From the NCBI GenBank assembly GCA_963704115.1, contig CAVPGY010000002.1, positions 310,132 through 374,131 of the forward strand: a stretch of 64,000 bases of DNA. The letters run 5' to 3'. Both the position numbers and the translations under genes were made by a program. Numbering within the stretch: position 1 is the first letter of the stretch; each line of letters begins with the position of its first letter. Below are positions 20,334 to 31,681 of the stretch, in pieces. Below the pieces are notes generated by a model. That model ran no database searches and was not told the DNA's origin. It saw nothing but the letters and a program-made list of their open reading frames with translations. This DNA is from an uncultured Chloroflexia bacterium. GTDB taxonomy: Bacteria; Chloroflexota; Limnocylindria; QHBO01.

Positions 20334-21419
20334 ATGGCCACCCAGCTCACCGACGACAACATCCTCGCCGCGCTCGGCGGGGTCAAGGATCCCGAGATCG
20401 GGCGGGACCTCGTCTCGCTCGGCATGGTGAAGAACATCACCATCGACGGGGGCATCGTGGATCTCACCGTCGAGCTCACCACGCCCGCGTGCCCGCTCAA
20501 GGCGACCATCGAGCACGACATCGTGGAGGCCCTCACGCCGCTCGGTGCCGATCTCGTGCGCGTCGACTGGGCGAGCAACGTGAAGCGAACCTTCGGCGGC
20601 CCGGCGGCGGACCTCATCCCGGGCGTGAAGAACACGATCGCGGTTGCCTCCGGCAAGGGCGGTGTCGGCAAGTCGACGGTGGCGGTCAACCTGGCGGTGA
20701 GCCTGGCCCGCGACGGTGCGCGCGTCGGCCTTCTCGACGCGGACATCACCGGCCCGAACGTGCCACTGATGATGGGCACCCAGGGCGCGCACGTCACCGG
20801 CAACGGCGGGCGGCCCAACCCGGTGACCAGCCACGGCGTGCAGATGATGAGCATCCAGTACTTTCTCCAGGCCGATGCGCCGGTGATCTGGCGCGGCCCG
20901 CTCATCCACAGCGCCATCGCGCAGTTCCTCCGCGACGTCGAGTGGGGCGAGCTCGACTACCTGGTGATCGATCTGCCGCCGGGAACTGGCGACGCGGCGC
21001 TGAGCCTGAGCCAGCTCATCCCGCTCACCGGCGCGGTGATCGTGACGACCCCGCAGGAGGTCAGCCTGCTCGACGCCCGCAAGGCGGTCGCGATGTTCAA
21101 CAAGGTGAACGTACGGACCATCGGCGTCATCGAGAACATGAGCGGCTTCATCTGCCCGAACTGCAGCGAGGAGCACGACATCTTCGGCTCCGGCGGCGGC
21201 GAGAAGATCGCGCGTGAGCTCGATCTCGAGGTGCTCGGTCGCATCCCGCTCGAGCCCGGCGTCCGGGCGGGCGGGGACGCCGGTGTGCCGATCACCTCCG
21301 CGCAGTACCCCGGCGGCGAGGATTCCCGCGCGGCGCAGGCCCTTCGGGAGGTGGCCCGCACCGTCGCTGGTCGTGTGAGCGTGCTGGCGGCCCCGATGGT
21401 GGGTGTCGGCTCCGCCTGA
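20334..21419 (+). CDS. Mrp/NBP35/ApbC-family Fe-S cluster carrier ATPase with N-terminal DUF59 domain
   Basis: The internal start MATQ lies in track ORF 19833..21419. Motifs: DPEIGRDLVSLGMV, the deviant Walker A ASGKGGVGKST, and CPNC. Confidence 0.9.
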   Translation: MATQLTDDNILAALGGVKDPEIGRDLVSLGMVKNITIDGGIVDLTVELTTPACPLKATIEHDIVEALTPLGADLVRVDWASNVKRTFGGPAADLIPGVKNTIAVASGKGGVGKSTVAVNLAVSLARDGARVGLLDADITGPNVPLMMGTQGAHVTGNGGRPNPVTSHGVQMMSIQYFLQADAPVIWRGPLIHSAIAQFLRDVEWGELDYLVIDLPPGTGDAALSLSQLIPLTGAVIVTTPQEVSLLDARKAVAMFNKVNVRTIGVIENMSGFICPNCSEEHDIFGSGGGEKIARELDLEVLGRIPLEPGVRAGGDAGVPITSAQYPGGEDSRAAQALREVARTVAGRVSVLAAPMVGVGSA

Positions 21420-21473
21420 ACGCCGTTGACGCCGGCCATCCGAGGCGGCGGCCAACCGCGCCAGCGGGCGGAT

Positions 21474-21510
21474 GTGCGCCTGAGGCAACCGGTCGTCGCC
21501 TGAGGCGCAC
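21474..21510 (+). terminator. 12/13-bp hairpin about 55 nt downstream of the Mrp gene; no U-tract
   Basis: GTGCGCCTGAGGC, an 11-nt loop, then GCCTGAGGCGCAC, with one G-G mismatch. Confidence 0.3.
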
Positions 21511-21682
21511 CCGAAACCCTGGGCGGTCATCTGCAGGTGTCATTCGGCGATTGAGCCGACGGCAGGTGCGTTCAGGAAACATCGCGCACCTGGCCGCCGC
21601 TCGAAGCACCGGAGAAAGTCCCACCCACCCTACCGCCCGCGGGGGATTGCCCGGCATCCGATCCGACCCCCACAATCGGGCC

Positions 21683-22426
21683 ATGCGAATCGCGCTGCTC
21701 GGTGACATCCATGCCAACCTGCCCGCGCTCCGTGCCGTGATCGCCGACGTGACGGGCATCGGTGCCGATGCGGCATTCTGCGTCGGCGACGTGGTCGGTC
21801 GTGGGCCGCACCCCAACGAGGTCGTCGAGGAGCTCCGTCGGCTGGCGATCCCGACGGTGCAGGGCAACTGGGACGAGGCGGTCGGCATGGACCGCGAGCA
21901 GACGGGGGCGACGTGGGCCACTGCGGAGGCCGAGGACGACGGGATGCGCTCGATGATCTGGACGGCGCAGCGCATGAGCGAGGAGAACCGGGCGTGGCTC
22001 CGACAGCTGCCGCCGACGATCCGGACGAACCTGGACGGGCGTTCGCTCCTGCTGTTCCACGGCTCGCCGCTGCGCGCCAACGAGTACCTGTGGTCCGACC
22101 GCCCATCGCGCGTGTTCGCCCGGATCGCCAGCGACGAGGCAGACGACATCTTTGCGTTCGGTCACACTCACGAGGCGTTCCACCGCACGGTCGGCCCGGC
22201 CCACTTCGTGGCGTGTGGCTCGGTCGGCTGCGGGACGGAGGGAGACGCCCGTGCCCGGTACGCCGTGGTCTACGTCGGTGAACCCGCAATCGCGGTCGGG
22301 TTTCGTTCGGTCACGTACGACCTCCAGTCGGTCGTCGACGACATGGCGGCCGCCGGTCTGCCGATCGACCTGCTGCGCGAGCCGCCGGCCGATCATCCGA
22401 CAGTCGCGGTCGAGGCCGCGAGTTGA
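21683..22426 (+). CDS. metallophosphoesterase (YfcE/MJ0936-like)
   Basis: Motifs: GDIHAN, GDVVGRG, GNWD and GHTH. The start is the internal MRIALLGD. Confidence 0.8.
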   Translation: MRIALLGDIHANLPALRAVIADVTGIGADAAFCVGDVVGRGPHPNEVVEELRRLAIPTVQGNWDEAVGMDREQTGATWATAEAEDDGMRSMIWTAQRMSEENRAWLRQLPPTIRTNLDGRSLLLFHGSPLRANEYLWSDRPSRVFARIASDEADDIFAFGHTHEAFHRTVGPAHFVACGSVGCGTEGDARARYAVVYVGEPAIAVGFRSVTYDLQSVVDDMAAAGLPIDLLREPPADHPTVAVEAAS

Positions 22427-22432
22427 CGCCGG

Positions 22433-23377
22433 CTAGCGGTACGTTTCCAGCGCCGCCAGCATCAGCTCCCAGAATGCGTCGATCTCGAGCCCCATTCCGA
22501 CCGCCGCGTTCGCCTCGCGGCCGGTCGTCCCGTAGACGTCGCAGACTGTCCGCCCGAGGCTGAGCTCCGAAGCGAGGTCGATCGTGACGTTCATCCGGCG
22601 CGCCTGCAGAATCGATGGATCGATGATCGCGGCGACGGCGCACGGATCGTGGACCGCCGGCGCCGGAAAGCCGAACACCCGTTCGTAGGTCTCCGCGAAG
22701 AAGCGAAGGAGCGCGTGGCTCATGCGCGCCACCGGGGTGTCGAGCGCGGCGATGCGTGCCTGGATCGGCTCGGTGGCGAGCGCCTGGTGGGTGACCTCGA
22801 GCGGGACGAGCGTGATCGGGATCCCCGAGCGGAAGACGATGTCCGCCGCCTCCGGGTCGGCGTAGATGTTGAACTCGGCCGATGGCGTCACGTTCCCGAG
22901 GCCGATCGCCCCGCCCATGATCGAGATGTGGTCGATGCGCTCCCCGATCCGTGGCTCACGCTGCAGCGCGGTGGCGACGTTCGTGAGCGGCCCGACCGCC
23001 ACGACGGTGAGTGCCCGCGCGTCGGCCCGGAGCGCCAGCTCGACGATGAGGTCGACCCCGCCTCGGGGATCCAGCTCCACCGTCGGCTCGTCCCAGTCCA
23101 CTCCGTCGAGGCCAGACTCACCGTGGATGTCCGCGGCGCCGATTCGCTCGCGAACGAGGGGCACCGCGCAGCCGGCCGCGATGGGGACGCCGCCGATCCC
23201 GGCCACGCTGCACACGCGCCGGGCGTTGAGCGTCACCTTGTCCAGCGTCTGGTTGCCGGACACGGTCGTGATCGCCTCCAGCTCGATCGCCGGCGACGCG
23301 GCGGCGAGCAGGATTGCCATGGCGTCATCGTGGCCGGGGTCGCAGTCGAGCACCACCCGCCGTCGGTCGAGCGTCAC
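22433..23377 (-). CDS. inosine/uridine-preferring nucleoside hydrolase
   Basis: N-terminal Asp cluster VLDCDPGHDDAMAIL. 314 aa. Confidence 0.9.
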   Translation of the reverse strand: MTLDRRRVVLDCDPGHDDAMAILLAAASPAIELEAITTVSGNQTLDKVTLNARRVCSVAGIGGVPIAAGCAVPLVRERIGAADIHGESGLDGVDWDEPTVELDPRGGVDLIVELALRADARALTVVAVGPLTNVATALQREPRIGERIDHISIMGGAIGLGNVTPSAEFNIYADPEAADIVFRSGIPITLVPLEVTHQALATEPIQARIAALDTPVARMSHALLRFFAETYERVFGFPAPAVHDPCAVAAIIDPSILQARRMNVTIDLASELSLGRTVCDVYGTTGREANAAVGMGLEIDAFWELMLAALETYR

Positions 23378-24647
23378 TCCTTCACGTACGGCTTGCCGTC
23401 CGCGGCGGGCGCGCGAGCCCGTCCGACGAGGCCGGCGACGACGATGATCGTCACGACGTACGGGACCATGAGCAGGAACTCGGACGGGATGGCGATGCTG
23501 AGGATCGACAGGCGCGACTGGATGGCATCGGCGAATCCGAATACGAGGGCGGCCAGGAAGCCTCCGATCGGGTTCCAGCCACCGAAGATCATGGCCGCCA
23601 GCCCGATGAAGCCGCGACCGGCGGTCATCTCCCGCTCGAAGCCACCGGTCGAGCCGATGGTGAAGAACGCGCCGCCAAGGCCCGCCACCATGCCGCCCAG
23701 GACCACGTTGCTGTAGCGGACCCAGTACACGTTCACGCCGACGGTATCGGCCGCCTTCGGATGCTCGCCGACGGCGCGGACGCGCAGGCCCCAGCGGGTG
23801 TAGAAGAGCCCGAAGTGGATGACCACGATCAGGGCGAACAGCAGGTAGACGAAGATGTTGTGGCGGAACAGGACCGGCCCGAGGATCGGGATGTCGGAGA
23901 GGAACGGGATGGCGATCGGGCCGAGGCGTTCCGGCGTGTTGAGCTCATCCTGGAATGGTTGGAGCAGGCGCACCGACAGGAAGGCCGTCAAACCCGTGAC
24001 GAAGATGTTGATGAAGAAGCCGGCGATGATCTGGTCCACTCGGTAGCGGATGGCCAGGACGGCGAGCACCCCGGCCAGCAGGCCACCGGCGATGATGGCC
24101 GACAGCATGCCGAGCCAGGGGTTGTCGAAGGCCGATGTCACGACCGCCGCGACGAAGGCGCCCGACAGGAGCATGCCCTCGATGGCGATGTTCACCACCC
24201 CGGCGCGTTCGCACAGCACCCCCGACAGGGCGCCGAAGGCGATCGGCACCGACCGCTGGACCGTCGTCTCGAGCAGGCCGGTCAGGTTCATCGACTGACC
24301 CGCCGCGACCCAGGTCAGGAACGCGAAGACGAAGGCGAACGCCACGAGGCCGAGCACGACCGCCCACCGCGTCCCGAAGCCACGGGTCAGCTGGACGGCG
24401 CCGGCGAAGGCGACCACCGCGGCGAGCAGATAGGCGGTCGTGGCCGATGGCACGACCAGGTTCGGCAGCGCGATGGGGGCCGTCGGTGCCGTGAGGCCGA
24501 AGCTGGAGCTCGCGTCGCCGGCCACGCTGACGCCGAACGCCAGCACCATCGCCACGGCGAGGAGGAGGTAGACGACGCCGAGGATGCGCTGGCGAGTCCG
24601 GAGCCGGCGCTCGGCGCGGGTCAGGGCCGGCGCAGCCGTCGCGGCGG

Positions 24648-24660
<13 letters not shown>
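23374..24660 (-). CDS. ABC transporter permease (BMP/nucleoside uptake system)
   Basis: 428-aa polytopic protein within the operon. It overlaps its neighbouring genes. Confidence 0.85.
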
Positions 24661-25924
<1,264 letters not shown>

Positions 25925-25928
<4 letters not shown>

Positions 25929-27493
25929 CGGTCGCCTCCGATCCCGTCGCCGGGGTCGCGACTGACGAGCTTGTCCGCGTTGTCGTCCTCGGGGTGCGCC
26001 CCGCCCATGAGCAGCCCGAGCCGCTCGGGGGTCGCCTCCTCGGGCGACAGGGTATCGACGATGCGCCCGCGGTACATGACGGCGATCCGATCCCCCAGGG
26101 CGACCACCTCGTCGAGCTCGCTCGAGACGATGAGCACGGCCGCGCCCTCGTCACGCTTGGCGACGATCCGCCGATGGATGTACTCGATCGATCCGACGTC
26201 GAGGCCTCGGGTCGGCTGGGCGGCAACGATGAGCTTGATCGGCCGAGAGAACTCGCGTGCGGCGATCACCTTCTGCTGGTTGCCGCCGGACAGGTTGGCC
26301 ACCGGGTTGAAGATCGAGGGGGTCCGGATGTCGTACTGGTCGACCAGGGTCTCGGCGTTCGCCACGATGGCCTCCCCGTGGAGCCGCAGGCCGCTCGCGA
26401 AGGGCGCCTGCCAGTAGCTGTTCAGGACGAGGTTGTCGGCAACGGTGAACTCGCCGATGAGGCCGTCCTCCATCCGGTCCTCCGGCACGTGTGCGACGCC
26501 CGCTTCGAACACCTCCCGGGGCGTGTCCTCGAGCGGCTGGCCGCCGAGCACCACTTCTCCGGCGTCCGGCTCGCGAAGCCCGGTGATCGCCTCGACGAGC
26601 TCGCTCTGGCCGTTGCCCTGGACGCCGGCGATGGCCAGGATCTCGCCCGCCCGTACCGTGAGGTCGAGGTGGTTGACCGCGTTGTGCCCGCGCTCGTCGC
26701 GCACCACCAGGTTGCGGACCTCGAGGACGGGCTCGCCGGGCTTCGCCGGCGCGCGGTCGACGACGAGCTGCACGTCCCGGCCGACCATCATGGCGGCTAG
26801 CTCATCCAAACTGGTCTCGGCCGGGGTGGTCGTCCCGGCGACCTCGCCGCGGCGGAGGACCGTGATGCGGTCGGCGACCTCCAGGACCTCGTTGAGCTTG
26901 TGGGTGATGAACACGATCGAGGTGCCGGTCTCGACGAGTGACCGCATCACGGCGAACAGCTCGTCGGTCTCCTGCGGCGTGAGGACGGCGGATGGCTCGT
27001 CGAGGATGAGGACGTTCGACTGCCGGTAGAGGGTCTTGATGATCTCGACGCGCTGGCGCACGCCGACCGGCAGGTCCTCGACCGTGGCGTCGGGGTCGAT
27101 ATGGAGGCCATGCCGCTCCGAGATCTCGAGGATTCGATCGCGCGCCGCCCGTCGGTCCAGCTGGCCGACCGGCCCTCGCGTCGTCTCGACGCCGAGCATG
27201 ACGTTCTCGGTCACGGTGAAGACCGGGACGAGCATGAAGTGCTGGTGGACCATGCCGATGCCGGCTTCGATCGCGTCGCCGGGACCGTCGAAGGTGACGG
27301 CCCGGTCATCGATGAGGATCTCGCCCTCGTCGGGTCGGTAGAGCCCGTAGAGGACGTTCATCAGGGTCGACTTCCCGGCGCCGTTCTCGCCCAGCAGTGC
27401 GTGGATCTCCCCGGCCTGGACAACAAGATCCACGCCCTGGTTCGCCACGACCCCGGGAAAGCGCTTGGTGATCCCCCGCAGCTCGAGCTTCAC
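25925..27493 (-). CDS. ABC transporter ATP-binding protein with duplicated ATPase domains
   Basis: 522 aa. Motifs: Walker A GENGAGKST, LPVGVRQRVEI, Walker B ILDEP, and a second signature LSGGNQQK. Confidence 0.92.
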
Positions 27494-27514
27494 GTGCGAC
27501 GGCTCCGGTGATAC

Positions 27515-27547
27515 GAACGGGCGGCGCCGTGACGACGCCGCCCGTTC
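27515..27547 (-). other. perfect 12-bp intercistronic hairpin between the BMP substrate-binding gene and the ATPase gene
   Basis: GAACGGGCGGCG, a 9-nt loop, then CGCCGCCCGTTC. Confidence 0.5.
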
Positions 27548-27594
27548 AGGATACTCAGCGGCTCATGCCCACGCGGGCATTTCACCGCGCTCGG

Positions 27595-28739
27595 TCACTC
27601 GCCGTAGTAGTCCGACGGCACGAGCTCTCCGGCGATGATCGCATCGGCCATCTCCTCGAGCGCGGCCTTGACCTCGTCCGAGACCTCATCCTCGTAATCG
27701 TGGAACGGGGCAATGCCCACGCCCTCGTTCTCGAGGGTGCTCACGAACACGGGCTGCGGCGCGTCGCCGTTGATCGCGCGCTCGATCGCCTGGTACACGG
27801 AGTTGTCGATCCGCTTGATGATGCTGGTCAGCATCAGCCCGGAGAACTCCGGCACGGTCAGCGTCCAGTCGACGTCGACGCCCAGGCCGACCGCATCGGC
27901 CCCCTGCTCATCGATCGCCGCGAAGGTGCCCTGGCCGATCGGTCCACCGACCGGGAGGATCACGTCGGCGCCCTCCTGGAGGCATGCCGAGGGTGACGGT
28001 TCTTGGCGTCATCGGTGCTCTCGAAGTTGCCGGTGAACGTGCCAGAGGCCGCATCGAGCGGATCCCGGCCGCCGAGCATGCGAACGGACGTGCCGTTCTG
28101 CTCGTTGTAGTAGTTCATGCCGGCGATGAAGCCGTCCATGAAGTCGGTCACGCCCGGACCGATGTTGATCCCGCCGAAGGTGCCCATGATCCCGGTCTTC
28201 GACCAGGAAGCGGCAGCGTAGCCGGCGAGCATCGCGCCCTCGGCGGTGCTGTACACCAGGCCCTCGACGTTCGAGAACGCCGGGTCGTAGGCGAAGTCGA
28301 CGATCGCGAAGCGGGTGTCGGGATTCGCCTCGGCCGCCGCCGCGGTGGCGTCACCGAGCAGGAAGCCGACGGTGATGATGATCTCGCAGCCATCGGCGAT
28401 GTGCTGGTCGATGTTCCGGGCATAGTCCTCGGCGCTGCGGGACTCGAGGAAGCTGACCTCGGCGCCCAGCTCGGCCTCGGCCTGCTGCATGCCTTCCCAG
28501 GCATTCTCGTTGAAGCTGTTGTCGTCGATGCCGCCGACGTCGCTCACCATGCATGCCTTGATGGTGGCTTCGGCCGGCTCGCTCGGCTCAGGCGCCTCCG
28601 ACTCGGGAGCCATCGACTCGGCTCCCATCGACTCGGGCGCCTCGCTCGGCGCGGCGCTCTCGTCGCCGGGACCGCAGGCCGCCAGGATCAACATCAGGAT
28701 GGCCAGGAAGGCCACCGGCATGCTGAAGCTCTTCCGCAT
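27595..28739 (-). pseudogene. BMP-family (PnrA-like) lipoprotein, ABC substrate-binding component; one frameshift as assembled
   Basis: The lipobox is ILAACG. The N-terminal 250 aa lie in track ORF 27960..28739. The remainder (..ACLQEGADVILPVGGPIGQG..) lies in the frame of ORF 27595..27963. The frames switch at roughly 27990-28003. Confidence 0.85.
28596..28640. repeat. imperfect 15-bp x3 tandem repeat inside the BMP lipoprotein linker
   Basis: The units are CTCCGACTCGGGAGC, CATCGACTCGGCTCC and CATCGACTCGGGCGC. On the minus strand they encode APESM, GAESM and APESE. Confidence 0.6.
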
Positions 28740-28919
28740 GAAATCTCCTTCACACCATGTTCCGGTGCGTACAGCCGCTCGGTGGCGGCGCCTCCGTTGC
28801 GCTATGGGCCATGGGCACCTGGCGCTGAATCTGCGGCATCATACTTCCTCGCCTGCGGCGCACTCAAGGGTCTTCCGGCACGGGCCGCCCGGTCGTGGTG
28901 GCCGCGTATCATCGCCCGG

Positions 28920-29767
28920 ATGCACACGCTTCCCGAACGCGTCCGCCTGGTGATCTTCGACCTCGACGGCGTGATCTACCGCGGCGCTGAGCCGATCCCC
29001 GGTGCCGCGCAGCTGGTCACCTGGCTCCATCGCTGCGGCGTGGCAGTCCGGTTCGCCACAAACAACTCGACGGTGGCCCGGGACGGATACGTTGAACGGC
29101 TCGCCGCGATGGGCATCGAGACAACCGCGGAGGAGGTCGTGACCTCCAGCTCGGCGACCGTGGAATACCTCCACCGCCATGCCCCAGAGGTCCGGCGGGT
29201 GCTGGCGATCGGGGCCGAGGGCCTGCGCGACGAGCTCGGTGCGGCCGGATTCGAAGCGACGATGGCCGGCGACGTGTCGGCCGCGATGCCCGGGGGCACG
29301 CTCGCGGAGTCGTACGACGCGGTGATCGTCGGTCTCGATCCGGCCTTCGACTACGAGCGCCTCGCCGCGGGCATGAGCGCGGTCGCCGCCGGCGCGCGGT
29401 TGATCGCGACGAACGCCGACGCTCGGTATCCGACCCAGAGCGGGTTCCTGCCAGGAGCCGGCTCGATCGTGGCGCACTGGCGGCGGCGACCGGCGTGACC
29501 CCGGAGGTCATCGGCAAGCCCGAACCGGCCATGTTCCGCGCGATCATCGACGCCGCCGGGATCCCGGCCGCCGACACCGTGGTGGTCGGCGACAATCCGG
29601 CATCGGACATCGTCGGCGCCCGGCGGGCTGGCTGCGCCTCGATCCTGGTGCTGACCGGTGTGGCGGATGCCGGCGATGCGGCGACGCTCGCCGACGATGC
29701 GGTGCCGCATGCGGTCGCCGACGATCCGACGGCGGTCCGCGTCCTTCTCGAGCCGCTCGTCAGCTGA
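28920..29767 (+). pseudogene. HAD-IIA family phosphatase (NagD-like); one frameshift as assembled
   Basis: Motif I is IFDLDGV. GKPEP and GDNPASDI lie in a second frame (track ORF 29495..29767). The join ..GAGSIVA/ALAAATGVTPEVIGKP needs a 1-nt correction near 29475. Confidence 0.8.
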
Positions 29768-30801
29768 TGGGGTGCCCAGCGCGCCAGGCGTCCCACGCCC
29801 GTCGCGCCTCGGCGAGAAGCGGCATCCTGAGCGACGGGGCGCGAAGCCGCGCGGCGAAGCCGTTCAGGGCGATCGCGGCGAGCTCGTCGGGGGTGAGACC
29901 CATCTCCTCGACGCAGCGCGCCATCTCCTGGCTCAGGGTCACGCCGGTGACGGTGCGATCGTCGGTGGAAAGCGTCACCGAGACGCCGTCCCGATGGAGC
30001 CGGGCCAGCGGGTGCTGGGCCAGGCTGGCCACGATGCCGGCCTGCACGTTCGAGGTGGGGCAGAGATCGAGCGTCACCCCTCGTCCTCGCAACAACGCCA
30101 GCAGATCCCGGTCCTCGGCGGCCGTCACGCCATGGGCCACCCGCTGGACCCCGAAGTCCAGCACCTCGCGGACACGCCGGGGATCGGCGACCTCGCCGGC
30201 ATGGGCGGTGAGCGCCAGCCCCGCCTCTCGGGCGGTGACGAAGGCGAGCGCGTGGGGCGCAGAGGGGAACGCGGCCTCCGGCCCGGCCAGGTCGAATCCG
30301 ACGATCGGGTGGCCGAACGCACCGGCGATCCGTGCCAGCTCGACGTTTGCGGCGGGCGGATGCGAGCGCATGGCGGTCACGATGAGGCCGATGAGGGGCA
30401 TCCGGGGACCCATCGCGGCTGCGCGGCTCGCAACGCCACGCGCCACCGCGTCGAGCACCGCGCGCACCGGAGAGGCCGCGCTCGAGGTGGAGCCGTGGCC
30501 CCCACCGGATCTCCGCGTACGTGATGCCGTCCGCCACGAGGTCGTCGATGAGCTCGGCGGTCACGCGCTCGAGCGCCTCGGCGGTCTGGAGCACGGCGAT
30601 CGGCAGGTCGAAGTAGGTGAGCAGCTCGGCCTGGTCCACGCAGCGCTCCGGCCCCACCATCCGCCGGCGAGCCTCCTCGAGGGTGAGCGGCAGCCCGATC
30701 GCCGCGGCGAGCTCGACGGCCGTCTCGGGACGCACCGATCCGTCGAGGTGCTGGTGGAGCTCCGCCTTCGGCAGCGTGCGGAGGGTCGCGGCGAGGTCCA
30801 T
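29760..30801 (-). pseudogene. add: adenosine deaminase (paralog 2); one frameshift as assembled
   Basis: The N-terminus KAELHQHLDGS is in the frame of ORF 29017..30828. The remainder (HAGE, LSTDDRTV) is in ORF 29760..30467. The frames switch near 30471. The start is at MDLAAT (an alternative is 30828). Confidence 0.85.
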
Positions 30802-30807
30802 GGCGCC

Positions 30808-31681
30808 ATGATAGGCACGCCGGGGCACATCGCCGGAGTGGTCGGCATCGTGGCACTCATCCCGTTGTTCGGCGGGGGAGGACCGGACCCGTCGCTGGTG
30901 TTGGGCGCCCGGTCACTCGTCGCCGAACGGGCCGTCGCGGCCGATGAGGCGCTTCTCGAGCTCGAGCAGGCGATCACGCCGGCCCTCGAACTCGCGCGCT
31001 CGGGTACCGCGCGGGTGGTGAACGGGGATTCGCCACCCGGCGAGCAGCTCGCGGACGCCGGAGCGACTCTCGTCGCAGCAGATCCACTGGGGGCCCAGGC
31101 CGCCGCTCGCCTCCGCGCGCTCGATGGCGCCTGTCGAGCGAGCGGCGCCCGCACCCAACCGATCGAGCAGCCGGCGGGAGATGGCGAGTTGGCCTCGATT
31201 GGCGCGCAGCTCCACGGGACCGCGGAGGCGGCGGATCGGTTCGCCGTCGATGCGGCTACGCGCCCAGCGCGTCCTCGTCAACCTGGCGGCGGTGGTCGAC
31301 GCGCTCGGTCACGGGGACGTCGCGGCAGCGCGGGCCGCGCTGGACTCCGCCCGGCTCGACCACGAGGCGATCGCGGCGTGGGAGATCGAGCTCGTCACGC
31401 TGCCCCGGTGGGTCGAGGCCGCCGGTATGGTGATCGCCGCCGCCGATGCGCTCGTCACGGCCACAGCCGACGGCGATGCCGAGGCCGTGGCTGCGACGAC
31501 CGACGCGCTCGCCAGCCAGCGCGAGGGTGCCGCGAGTGCCGACCGCGCATTTCGCATCGCGATGTCTGAGGGCGGAGCCGCCGTGACCGCCGCGCCGCTC
31601 GGTCGGCTGGCCGAGCTCCTGCGGCGCACCGGAGAGGCACGCGCGGCGGTGGCCGCGATCCTGCACTCGGTGTGCAGATGA
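30808..31681 (+). pseudogene. membrane-anchored Ala-rich hypothetical protein; one frameshift as assembled
   Basis: The N-terminal transmembrane segment is IAGVVGIVALIPLF. High-GC3 coding sequence runs in the frame of ORF 29767..31569 up to about 31263, then continues in ORF 31124..31681. The stop overlaps the kinase start (ATGA). Confidence 0.45.

Noticed and set aside
21611-21623. GGAGAAAGTCCC, which is reminiscent of the RNase P RNA P4 signature GAGGAAAGUCC.
   Set aside because: The spacer is only 263 bp, and I could not find the other conserved RNase P elements or the pairing partner. It is most likely a chance match.
30913-31281. Minus-strand 122-aa ORF as an alternative gene in the 30.8-31.7 kb region.
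   Set aside because: The plus-strand frames show consistent G/C third positions, an N-terminal transmembrane helix and a stop/start overlap with the kinase. The minus ORF is the antisense shadow.
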